Source of the DNA: Candidatus Marinacidobacterales bacterium | GTDB taxonomy: Bacteria > Acidobacteriota > Vicinamibacteria > Marinacidobacterales > SMYC01 | Length of the DNA: 64,000 nucleotides | Assembly (NCBI GenBank): GCA_965237955.1 | Contig: OZ250169.1 | Span: forward strand, 6,304,001 to 6,368,000 | Direction: 5' to 3' | Program-made: the position numbers and the translations under genes | Shown: positions 40,976 to 50,646 of the stretch, one piece after another | Numbering within the stretch: the first letter of the stretch is position 1 | Layout: every line of letters starts with the position of its first letter | Notes under the pieces: model-generated | Told to the model about the DNA's origin: nothing | The model's input: only the letters and a program-made list of their open reading frames with translations | The model's database searches: none

Positions 40976-43065
40976 ATGTTTGCCATCGGCCATAGGCCAT
41001 CGGCCATCAGCTCGGTGCTTCTCGGCGCCATCGTGTTGTGTGGCAACGCTTTTGCGCAGGAAGACGAAATGGGGTGGCCGCGGGAGATCGAGGACCCGCG
41101 GGCACGTATCGTCATGTATCAGCCGCAAGTCGATTCGTTCGTGGGAAACGAGCTCACCGCACGCACGGCGATCTCGGTGACGCTCACGGGCAAAACCCAG
41201 CCGGTCTTCGGCGCGGCGTGGCTCGAATCGCGCGTCGATACCGATCGAGATGATCGTACGGTCACCATCCTCGAGACCCGCGTGCCCCAGGTGCGATTTC
41301 CGGATGCGAGCGACGAGCAAGAGAAGGAGCTGTCCAATATTCTCGTCGAAGAGCTCAGCGGACGGGCGCTCACGATCTCGCTCGACCGCCTCCTCACGTC
41401 GCTCGATCTCGCCGAGCATGAGCGCCTGGAAGCCGAAGGCTTTGACAACGACCCTCCGAAAATCGAGTTCGTCAACTACCCCGCGATCCTGGTGACCATC
41501 GACGGCCAGCCACAGCTTCGCGACATCGAAGGACAAAGTGGTCTCAAGCATGTGGTGAACTCCGCGTTCATGATCATTGTCTCGGGACCGAACAACTATC
41601 TCTACGCCGGAAGCGGGCAGTGGTACGCGTCCTCGCAAATCATGGGGCCATGGAAGTTCACCCAAAGCGTGCCTACCCAGGTGAAATCGCTCGCGCCCGT
41701 CGAAGAAGAAAAAAGAGGCCCGCGCTCAGGCGGAAGCCGCCATGGAAGAAGCCGGCGAAGAGCTCGACCCGGGCTCGCCGTCGCCACCAGCCATCCTCAT
41801 CGCCACCGAGCCGACGGAGCTCATCGTCACCAACGGAGAACCCGCCTACAAACCGGTCGGGAGTGACCTTCTCTACATCGAAAACAGCGAGAGCGACGTT
41901 CTGATGGAGATAGCGACCCAACGACACTTCGTCCTACTCTCGGGGCGTTGGTTCGCCAGTGAAGGACTTCAAGGCCTTCAAGGATCGTGGAGCTTCGTCG
42001 CCGCGAACGAGCTACCGGCAGCGTTCGCCGACATTCCCGAGGACTCCGACATCTCTCACGTACGCGTGTGGGTGTCGGGCACCGAAGAAGCGAGAGAAGC
42101 GGTCTTAGACGCCAGTATTCCGCAAACCGCGGCCGTTTCCCGAAGCGCCACCTTCCAAGTGACCTACGATGGAAACCCGCGTTTCGAGAACATCGAAGGG
42201 ACGAGCCTTCAACACGCCACCAACACCGCGGAACAGGTCATCAAAGACGGCAACAGTTACTACTGTGCGAAAGACGGCGTTTGGTACGTCGCCGATCAGG
42301 CCTATGGACCATGGGCGGTTGCGACCGCAATTCCCGAAGCCGTTCGTACCATCCCACCATCGAGTCCCGTCTACAACACCAAATACATTTACATCTATGA
42401 CACGACTCCCGACGTCGTCTACGTCGGGTATCTCCCCGGCTACACGCACAGCTACGTCTATAACGGTGTGATCGTCTACGGCACCGGGTGGTACTACAGC
42501 CCGTGGTGGGGAACGATGTACTACCCGCGCGCCACCACCTACGGCTTCCACGTCCGCTGGAATCCCTGGTGGGGGTGGAGCTTCGGAGCCAGCTGGAGCA
42601 GCGGACGATTCACGTTCGGGATCGGCTTCGGTGGATGGGGTGGATGGCATCGCGCCGGCTGGTGGGGGTCCAGTGGGTTACCGGCCTTATCATCGGGGTT
42701 ACGCTCGAGGATGGCATCACGGCTACCGCTCAGGCGCCCGCGCCGGGTATGCGGCGGGACGGCTCGACAGCCGCTACCGCTCGCAGAATCTCTACCGCCG
42801 CAACAACGTCCCGCGGGCAACACCGGCGACGCGAGCGGGCAACCGCGCCACGCCGATGCCTAGCCGGGCGAACAACATGTACGCCGATCGATCGGGGAAC
42901 GTCCATCAGCGCGCGCAAAACGGTCAGTGGCAGCAGCGATCGGGCACGGCAAGGAGCAGCGGGACAATCCCGTCGAACATGAATCGTCAATACCAGTCTC
43001 GCCAGAACGGCGCCGCCAGAACGCAGAGCTACAGGCGCAGCGGTGGCGGCGGCCGGCGGCGTTAG
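40976..43065 (+). CDS. Exported hypothetical protein with Trp/Tyr/Gly-rich and Arg-rich C-terminus (frameshifts in homopolymers near 41712 and 42666)
   Basis: Signal peptide, WPREI..YQPQ, TEPTELIVT.GEP, LLSGRWF, IPPSSPVYN..YLPGY..VYGTGW. SD AGGAGG upstream. Confidence 0.7.
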
Positions 43066-43333
43066 CCCGTTCCGCAGAGAAAGAATTGACGAGGTCGAAG
43101 TGACGGCGGTGCGTGTGGAGCGTCTGCTTCACCTTTTCGCGGCTACCAGCGAAGGATCAACCTGTTCTACGTCAAACGAGAACCGGGTGACCTCGATTGG
43201 TCCGCTCCCCTTGCGAGTGAACAGCGAGGACGGAATCGCGAGGCGCTACGGTGTCATCACCCGCTTGTAAAACGTTGCCTTTGACTCTTGGCTGTCAAGT
43301 GACGGATACGGCCTGTTGGAAAAGCATCAGAAG

Positions 43334-43440
43334 TTGTTTCGTATGCAACAATCCTTTCCTGATTCGTTTCCGCAATTTTGCCGTAATGCATTGCAAATAA
43401 TGTAGTTCCAGGCTGCGCACAAGTTGGCGCGCTGATTGCA
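43334..43440 (+). promoter_or_regulatory. Sigma-54 promoter with upstream TGT-N10-ACA enhancer-like palindrome
   Basis: TTGGCGCGCTGATTGCA at 43424-43440 matches the -24/-12 consensus; TTGTTTCGTATGCAACAA at 43334-43351; AT-rich spacer between them. Confidence 0.65.
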
Positions 43441-43910
43441 CCGCGGCGTTTGCGGCTTTACAACGGAGAAATGAGGGGCATCCGTTCCAATGCGACCGAC
43501 CTGCACACTGCTCGTGCGGCCCGTCACTCGGGCCTGGTCACATAGCCAACCGTTCGGGCCTGCCTGCGGCGACGAGTTTTTTGCTCGCGGCCCGCAGCCC
43601 GTCCCTTCCTGGGCTCCCCGCGCTGGCGGATCGGAGACGCGCCGACACGAAGGACCTACACCTTGGAAACCGGCATCCCGTCGGCGCGTTTCCGGCCCTT
43701 GGGGCCGCGTCCCTTTTGGCCCATCACCGCCCGAGCCAAGCCGCGACCGTCGGTCGATGAGAAAGGTGCGGGTGAAAACGCCTACCGGAGGCAACCCTGG
43801 ATGTCGGAACGTGTCACCGAGCGGCTCTCAGGGGACGTGATGGGCTCCTTTCTGTTTCCTGCTGCAAGGGAACCCAACAGATACACCACGCGCAAGGAGG
43901 GGAACCGAGC

Positions 43911-45248
43911 ATGAGCACCAGACTGGGGACATTGAAAGGTGGAGTCTTGGTACTACTCTCGACGCTGTGCGTCGCGCCACGCGTTCTGACTGGGGAGGCC
44001 CAGGAGAAGCTTGGCGGGGAGCCCGTTCTTCGTTTAGCGGATCTGGAGCGCATGGCACTCGACAACAATCCGACGATCGCCCAGGCAGCCGCTGGGATTC
44101 GTGCGGCCGAGGGGCGAACGCTTCAGGCAGGTCTCTACCCCAATCCCATCATGGGCTACATCGGTGCGGAGATCAGCGGGCGTGCCCCTACCAAGACGAG
44201 TGAGCATCTGTTTTTCATGGAGCAGGCGATCGTCACCGCGGGGAAACTGAAGCATAACCGGAGCATTTTTGCGCAAGCACGGAGCGAGGCCGAGGCCGAA
44301 GCCGAAGCGCAGAGACTGCGCGTGCTGAACGCGGTCCGCCTTTTCTATTATGCAGCGCTCGGGGCGCAGGAGATGGTGACTCTCCGCGAGAACCTCGCTG
44401 AAATCGCGCGGACAGCGGCAGCCACCTCCGAGCAGCTCTTCAACGTCGGTGCGGCCGACCGGCCGGATCTTCTGGAAAGTCAGATCGAGCTACACCAGTC
44501 GGAGATCGATCTCATGGAAGCGGAGAACGACCGCGATCGCGTTTGGCAGATGCTGGCAGCTGTGGTGGGCAACCCCTGGCTCGAGCCGGCTTCCCTCGAG
44601 GGGAACTTGGAAGCGGAAATACCGAGGTTCGACCGCGAATCCACGCTGGCCACCTTGCTCGCCGACAGCCCTGAGCTCAGGAAGGCCCAGGTGGGCGTCG
44701 AGCGGGCCCGGGCCACGCTCAGGCTGGAGAAGGCGGAGCCCGTTCCCGATGTGCTTTTGCGCGGCGGCGTCGGCTACAACTTCGAGGAGCTTGATGCCCT
44801 CGGTGGTCGAGTGGGATTGGAAGCTTTCATCGAAGTGGGATTCCAGGTGCCGCTCTTCAATCGCAACCAGGGGAACATCGCCGCGGCGCAGGCGGAGATC
44901 GACCAGGCAGAACGAGATGTGACACGGCTGGATCTGGCCTTGCACGCGCGACTCGCCATGGCCTTTGATCGGTACCTGGACAGCCTGGGGCTCACAGAGC
45001 GGTATCAGACAGAGGTGCTACCGCGAGCCCAGGAAGCCTACGACTTGTATCTGGCGAGGTTCCAGCAGATGGCGGCCGCCTACCCTCAAGTGCTGATCTC
45101 TCAGCGCACGCTGTTTCAGGTGCGCGTCCAATACATAGAAGCCCTGGTGGAGCTATGGCAGAACGCGGTTCTCATTCGAGGGATGCTCTTGGCCGGCGGC
45201 CTGGAACCTCCGGAGCCGAGCCAGCCAGGCCCGGGTAGGGCGCGGTGA
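43911..45248 (+). CDS. TolC-family outer membrane factor (copper-oxidase-associated)
   Basis: Signal peptide, ALDNNP, QAGLYPNP, VPLFNRNQGNI, EVLPRA; strong SD. Confidence 0.9.
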   Translation: MSTRLGTLKGGVLVLLSTLCVAPRVLTGEAQEKLGGEPVLRLADLERMALDNNPTIAQAAAGIRAAEGRTLQAGLYPNPIMGYIGAEISGRAPTKTSEHLFFMEQAIVTAGKLKHNRSIFAQARSEAEAEAEAQRLRVLNAVRLFYYAALGAQEMVTLRENLAEIARTAAATSEQLFNVGAADRPDLLESQIELHQSEIDLMEAENDRDRVWQMLAAVVGNPWLEPASLEGNLEAEIPRFDRESTLATLLADSPELRKAQVGVERARATLRLEKAEPVPDVLLRGGVGYNFEELDALGGRVGLEAFIEVGFQVPLFNRNQGNIAAAQAEIDQAERDVTRLDLALHARLAMAFDRYLDSLGLTERYQTEVLPRAQEAYDLYLARFQQMAAAYPQVLISQRTLFQVRVQYIEALVELWQNAVLIRGMLLAGGLEPPEPSQPGPGRAR

Positions 45249-45301
45249 GAGGCCTGCGTGATGCGAAGAAATCCTGTCAACAGACAAAGGAACAGAGGGG
45301 T

Positions 45302-46732
45302 ATGGAGATGAACAACAACCGAAGAAATTTTCTGCGCGGTTTGGCCTTCGCCGGCAGCGGTTTCGTTGCTGGCCGCAAGGCCGCGGCCCAACACCAGCAC
45401 CACGAGCCCGCCGAAACACAGCAGGCTGACTTGGCGCCGGCGGCGGCGCGCGATGAGCCTTTCCTCCCGGTCCATACTCCCGACATCCCGAAGCTTCCCT
45501 ACGAGCTCGACAACGGCGTGAAGGTCTTTCACCTGATCGCCGAGCCAGTGAAGCGGGAGTTTGTGCCTGCTTCCGCCTGGAGCCCAGCCCGGGTTGTCGA
45601 TGCCTGGGGCTACAACGGAAGCGTTCCGGGACCAACCATCGAGGTCACCGAGGGGGACCGGGTGCGAATCATCGCGGACAATCACTTGCCCGAGCCGACC
45701 AGCGTTCACTGGCACGGCTTCGAGATTCCCATCGAGATGGACGGAGTTCCGGGCCTCACCCAGGACCCGATTCCCCCGGGTGGCCGTTTCGTCTATGAGT
45801 TCACCTTGCACCAGAAGGGAACCTTCTTCTACCACTCGCATATGCCCATGCAGGAAATGCTGGGGATGATCGGTATGTTCATCATGCATCCGAAGACACC
45901 GGAACGCCCGCGGGTGGACAAGGACTTTGGGCTCATCCTTCAGGAGTGGGCCATCCTACCCAACAACACGATTCCCAACACCTTGTCGATGGAGTTCAAC
46001 TGGCTGACGTTGAACGGAAAGGCGGGCCCTGCCACGACGCCCTTGATTGTGAAGCAGGGAAAACGGGTACGGATTCGACTCGTGAATCTGGGAATGGATC
46101 ATCACCCGATGCACCTCCACGGGGTCCAGTTCGATATCACGGGCACGGAGGGAGGAAGGGTTCCGCGATCGGCCTGGTATCCGACGAACACAGTGCTGGT
46201 GGGGGTTGCCCAGGCCAAAGACATCGAGTTTGAGGCGATTTATCCGGGCGACTGGATCTTCCATTGCCACCTTCCGCACCACATGATGAATCAAATGGTC
46301 TCGATGGTGGGGCCCATGGCGCATGTGGGCTCGGGGATGCACTCCGGCATGGGTATGGAGGACGGCATGGGGATCATTCGGCAGGGCCAGGCCCTGTCAG
46401 AAGATCTCGGGCCAAGCATGGGACGCGCCATCGGATTGCCCAACCGGGAGAGGAAGACCTCCCACCTGGTAGGCCAGGAGAGTACAGGGCAACATCAGCG
46501 CCATAGCGGCGCCGGCGCCCAAGACCCTTGGAGTGTACCGGGGTTCCCCCAGGACATGTGGATGGTCATGGACGAGACGGTGGCGAAACCGGAGACCTTC
46601 GGAATGCGTCCGGGCTGGAGTGGTGGGGTCATGGGAATGATGACCGTAGTTCGAGTCCTCCCAGAGGAGATGTACGACAAGGTGATGGCGCTCGTCGGGG
46701 AGAAAAAGCAAGCGTCAGCGGCTGCAGATTGA
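45302..46732 (+). CDS. Tat-exported multicopper oxidase with Met/His-rich tail
   Basis: RRNFL, GPTIE, HWHG, YHSH, HPMHLHG, HCHLPHHMM. Confidence 0.9.
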   Translation: MEMNNNRRNFLRGLAFAGSGFVAGRKAAAQHQHHEPAETQQADLAPAAARDEPFLPVHTPDIPKLPYELDNGVKVFHLIAEPVKREFVPASAWSPARVVDAWGYNGSVPGPTIEVTEGDRVRIIADNHLPEPTSVHWHGFEIPIEMDGVPGLTQDPIPPGGRFVYEFTLHQKGTFFYHSHMPMQEMLGMIGMFIMHPKTPERPRVDKDFGLILQEWAILPNNTIPNTLSMEFNWLTLNGKAGPATTPLIVKQGKRVRIRLVNLGMDHHPMHLHGVQFDITGTEGGRVPRSAWYPTNTVLVGVAQAKDIEFEAIYPGDWIFHCHLPHHMMNQMVSMVGPMAHVGSGMHSGMGMEDGMGIIRQGQALSEDLGPSMGRAIGLPNRERKTSHLVGQESTGQHQRHSGAGAQDPWSVPGFPQDMWMVMDETVAKPETFGMRPGWSGGVMGMMTVVRVLPEEMYDKVMALVGEKKQASAAAD

Positions 46733-47060
46733 CGGTGATGGGCGGCTGGTTCAATGGCGCCGGCTTAGGTTCGCTGTTTTGCGGTCGAGATAATCAGGCT
46801 CGTCTCTTCCGGCTTGATCGCTTGCTTCGGACGCGCTCAGCAAAGGAAGAGGGAAGGCTGCCTGGGAGATGAAAGAGGAAAATCAACCAAAGCGAGCTCC
46901 CGCCGCCACGGGGCTCGCCGAGGCCGGCGGGATTTAGGATGATGCATGATCCGGCACGCGGCCACCCGCTTGACCACACAGAATTTCGATGCGCCAGCTC
47001 CGGATCCACCTACCGGGTGGGCTCGGGCGGCGCCTTCAATCACACGAAAGGAGCAACAGT

Positions 47061-47486
47061 ATGAAGAGAACAGCCGTACTTCTGTCTTGCGTTGGTCTCG
47101 TGGTGGCCTTTGTTTCCTGTCGGTCGTCGCAGGGTGCTACCCGGGAGGAAACACAACACACCGAACACACCGAACAACACGCCGATTCGCCAGCTGGGGA
47201 GCAATTGGAGCAAATCAGGGCGTCGCTCTTGGAAGTGACGGCCGAGTTGAATGAGCAGGGGAAATACAATTGCTGTATCGAGCCGCGCTGCAGCTGGTGT
47301 GCGCTCCACGAAGGTGAGTGTGAGTGCTTCAGCAATCTTCAACAAGGCGAAGAGGTGTGCCCGGGATGCGGATTGGGCTGGCACAACGGGAACGGCATCG
47401 TCGAGGGTGTCAGCGCCAGCGAAGTGAAGTGGAACATTGCTCACAGTCATGGCGAACATGGCTCGGAGGAGCAACCCGAGCATTAA
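47061..47486 (+). CDS. Cys/His-rich lipoprotein of unknown function
   Basis: SD AAGGAG, lipobox FVSC, 8-Cys cluster CCIEPRCSWC..CEC..CPGC, His-rich ends. Confidence 0.75.
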   Translation: MKRTAVLLSCVGLVVAFVSCRSSQGATREETQHTEHTEQHADSPAGEQLEQIRASLLEVTAELNEQGKYNCCIEPRCSWCALHEGECECFSNLQQGEEVCPGCGLGWHNGNGIVEGVSASEVKWNIAHSHGEHGSEEQPEH

Positions 47487-50400
47487 TCCAATGGCCGGGT
47501 ACTCCTGGGCAGCTCTCGTTTCTTCCAGATGGCGAAGATGGCCGGATAGATAGTCAATCCGAATGCGAAGGACGTCACCAATCCTCCGACCATTGGCGCG
47601 GCAATCCGCTTCATCACGTCGGCTCCAGTGCCGGTGCTCCACATGACCGGCAAGAGCCCGATCATGGTGGTCAGCACCGCCATCACCTTCGGACGAATCC
47701 GGCGAGCGGCTCCCTCCACGATCGTTTCGCGAAGGTCCTCGAAGGACCGTAGGCGACCTTCGCGTTGACTTCGAACGTAAGCGAGCTTGAGATAGAGCAG
47801 CATGATCACACCCGTCTCGGCGTCGAGCCCGGCGAGGGCGATAAGTCCCACCCAGACGGCGATGCTCATGTTGTAGTCGAGAAGCCACAGGAGCCAGATG
47901 GCACCCACGAGAGAGAACGGAACCGCCAGCAAGACGATGCCGGTCTCAGTGATGGAGCCGGTGTTCATGTAGAGAAGCATGAAAACGATGAGGAGTGTGA
48001 CGGGGACGCCGATCTTGAGTCGCTCCTTCGCCCGCTCCAAGTAAACGAACTGACCCGCCCACTCGAGCCGGACTCCTGGAGGAAGCTCCACGCGCTCGTT
48101 GACGAGGCGCCGCGCTTCGTCCACATAGTCGCCGAGGGGCCGGCCGACGATGTCGACGAAGACGAAGTTCACAAGCTGTCCGTCCTCGCTTCGGATCATC
48201 GGGGGGCCCGTCGCGAAGCCTATCTCGGCTACCTGAGGCAGAGGCACTTGGACACCGGTCGGCGTCGCGACGAGTACTCTTTTGAGGGCGTCGGGATGGT
48301 CGCGAAACTCGCGCGCGTAGCGCACCTGAATCGGATAGCGTTCCCGGCCTTCGACGGTTTCCGAGACGTTCCTGCCGCCGATAGCGGTCATGACGACTTC
48401 GTTGACGTCCTGAACGCTCAGCCCATATCGAGACGCCGCCTGCCGGTTCACCTTTACGTCTAGGAAGAAGCCACCCGTCGCTCGCTCGGCGAAGGCACTC
48501 CGGGTTCCCGAAACCTCCCGTAGCGCTTGCTCGATCGCGATCGAAGCCTCCTCGAGCTCGCTCAAGTCGTCGCCGAAGACCTTAATGCCGAGCTGGCTTC
48601 GGATGCCGGTGGTAAGCATTTCGACGCGTGTCTGGATGGGCATCCACCAGATGTTGGGCATGCCGGGGTAGTCGAGCTCTCGGTCCATCTCGGCAATGAG
48701 GTCGTCCCACGTCAATCCGGGGCGCCACTGGTCTTTCGGTTTCAGCAATACGACGCTCTCAACCATGCCCACGGGAGCGGGATCGGTTGCGGTGCGCGCA
48801 CGGCCCATCTTTCCGAACACCCGCTCCACCTCGGGAAATTGCCGGAGCTTACGGTCCATCGATTGGAGGACTGTAGCAGCCTCGGTAATGGACATGCCCG
48901 GCGGCGCCGTAGGCATGTAGAGGATGGCGCCTTCATTGAGAGGCGGCATGAACTCACTTCCGAGGTCGAGGAACGCGGGGATGGTGGCGAGCATGATGAG
49001 CAGCGCAGCCACAACGGCGGTTTTCCGAAACCGCACGACCAGGCGGACGATGGGCGCATAGGCCAGAACGAGCCACCGGTTGAGCAGATTCTTTTCCTCA
49101 CCACGGATCCTGCCGCGGATGAATGTGGCGGCGAGCGCCGGCGTGAGGGTCACTGCAAGAATCGCAGCGAATCCCATCGAATAGGTCTTGGTGAAGGCGA
49201 GGGGTTTGAAGAGGCGACCCTCTACACCCTCGAGCGTGAAGACCGGCATGAAGGCGACGGTGATGACGAGCAACGAGAAGAAGACGCTCGGGCCGACCTC
49301 CTGCATAGCTTCGATGATCGCGGTCGTGCGGCCGCCCGGACTGCCATCATCCTTCCACTGTTCCAACTTCTTGTGAATGTTCTCAATAATAATGATCGCG
49401 GCGTCGACCATGGCGCCAATGGCAACCGCGATCCCTCCCAGGGACATGATGTTGATCGTGAGGCCCTGGTAGTACATGGGAACGAACGCGAACAAAACCC
49501 CGAGCGGCAACGTGATGATGGGGATGAGGGCGCTGCGAACGTGCATCAGGAAGAGGAAGATGACGACGCTCACGATGATCATCTCCTCGATGAGTGTGTG
49601 CTGGAGTGTTTCGATGGATGCCTCGATGAGCCCCGACCGATCGTAGGTCACGACGATCTCCACTCCGTCGGGGAGACTCCGTTCGATGTCCCCGAGGCGC
49701 TCTTTCACGGCGTGGATGACGTCGAGCGCGTTCTCGCCGTAGCGCATCACCACGATGCCTCCCACGACTTCGCCTTCCCCATCGAGCTCGGCGAGTCCAC
49801 GCCGCATGTCCGGACCGAGCTTCACCTCGGCCACGTCCTTGATGGTGATCGGGACCCCGGCGTCGTTCACCGCGAGGGGAGCCTGCTCCAGGTCTTCTAT
49901 CGACGTGACGTAGCCCCGCCCGCGCACCATCTGCTCGTGGCCGGCGATCTCGATCACCCGGCCGCCAGCCTCATGATTCGACTCGCGGACGGCCTGGATC
50001 ACCCGGCGCAGCGGAATGTCGTAGCCGAGTAGCTTGTTGGGATCGATGATGACCTGATACTGCTTGACGAATCCGCCCACTGAGGCCACCTCGGCGACTC
50101 CGGGGACGCTCTCGAGGGCGTACCGGAGGTTCCAGTCCTGGAGGCTCCGGAGCTGCTGAAGGTCGAAGTTTCCCGTCCGGTCGACGAGGGCGTACTCGAA
50201 TACCCACCCCACTCCCGTCGCGTCGGGACCGAGCGTCGGGGTGACACCGGCGGGCAAGGCTCCCTGCACCTCGTTCAAGTACTCGAGCACCCTGGAGCGC
50301 GCCCAGTACATGTCGGTGCCGTCTTCGAAGATGACGTAGACGAACGACAGGCCAAAAAAGGATTGTCCGCGTACGAGCTTCACCTGAGGTGCCGCCAGAA

Positions 50401-50641
50401 GGCTCGACGAGATCGGGAACGTGATCTGATCTTCCATGATATCGGGACTCTGGCCAGGCCACTCCGTGAACACGATGACCTGGACGTCGGAAAGATCAGG
50501 GATCGCGTCGAGCGGACCGTGGGTCATCCCGTAGTAGCCCCAGACCGCGAGACCGGCGACGAAGAGGACCGTCAGGAAGCGATTACGTGCGCTGGATTCG
50601 ATAACACGTGCGATGAAACCACCGTGGCTTGCCGGTTCCAT
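47483..50641 (-). CDS. cusA: CusA/SilA Cu(I)/Ag(I) RND efflux transporter
   Basis: DAIPDLSDVQVI, LGPDATGVGW, GAMVDAA, Met-triad contexts (YMPT, GMVES, WMPIQTR), RIRPKVM, RIAAPMVGG. Confidence 0.93.
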   Translation of the reverse strand: MEPASHGGFIARVIESSARNRFLTVLFVAGLAVWGYYGMTHGPLDAIPDLSDVQVIVFTEWPGQSPDIMEDQITFPISSSLLAAPQVKLVRGQSFFGLSFVYVIFEDGTDMYWARSRVLEYLNEVQGALPAGVTPTLGPDATGVGWVFEYALVDRTGNFDLQQLRSLQDWNLRYALESVPGVAEVASVGGFVKQYQVIIDPNKLLGYDIPLRRVIQAVRESNHEAGGRVIEIAGHEQMVRGRGYVTSIEDLEQAPLAVNDAGVPITIKDVAEVKLGPDMRRGLAELDGEGEVVGGIVVMRYGENALDVIHAVKERLGDIERSLPDGVEIVVTYDRSGLIEASIETLQHTLIEEMIIVSVVIFLFLMHVRSALIPIITLPLGVLFAFVPMYYQGLTINIMSLGGIAVAIGAMVDAAIIIIENIHKKLEQWKDDGSPGGRTTAIIEAMQEVGPSVFFSLLVITVAFMPVFTLEGVEGRLFKPLAFTKTYSMGFAAILAVTLTPALAATFIRGRIRGEEKNLLNRWLVLAYAPIVRLVVRFRKTAVVAALLIMLATIPAFLDLGSEFMPPLNEGAILYMPTAPPGMSITEAATVLQSMDRKLRQFPEVERVFGKMGRARTATDPAPVGMVESVVLLKPKDQWRPGLTWDDLIAEMDRELDYPGMPNIWWMPIQTRVEMLTTGIRSQLGIKVFGDDLSELEEASIAIEQALREVSGTRSAFAERATGGFFLDVKVNRQAASRYGLSVQDVNEVVMTAIGGRNVSETVEGRERYPIQVRYAREFRDHPDALKRVLVATPTGVQVPLPQVAEIGFATGPPMIRSEDGQLVNFVFVDIVGRPLGDYVDEARRLVNERVELPPGVRLEWAGQFVYLERAKERLKIGVPVTLLIVFMLLYMNTGSITETGIVLLAVPFSLVGAIWLLWLLDYNMSIAVWVGLIALAGLDAETGVIMLLYLKLAYVRSQREGRLRSFEDLRETIVEGAARRIRPKVMAVLTTMIGLLPVMWSTGTGADVMKRIAAPMVGGLVTSFAFGLTIYPAIFAIWKKRELPRSTRPLD

Positions 50642-50646
50642 AACGC

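Noticed and set aside
43755-43840. Glycine-riboswitch-like CTCTCAGG motif
   Set aside because: The other conserved elements (GGAGA..CCGAAG) are not correctly placed, and the context is copper resistance.
46733-47060. Possible third arrest-type leader (22-codon ORF with RAPA at 46870)
   Set aside because: It is too short and has no signal or metal-binding core and no PP motif.
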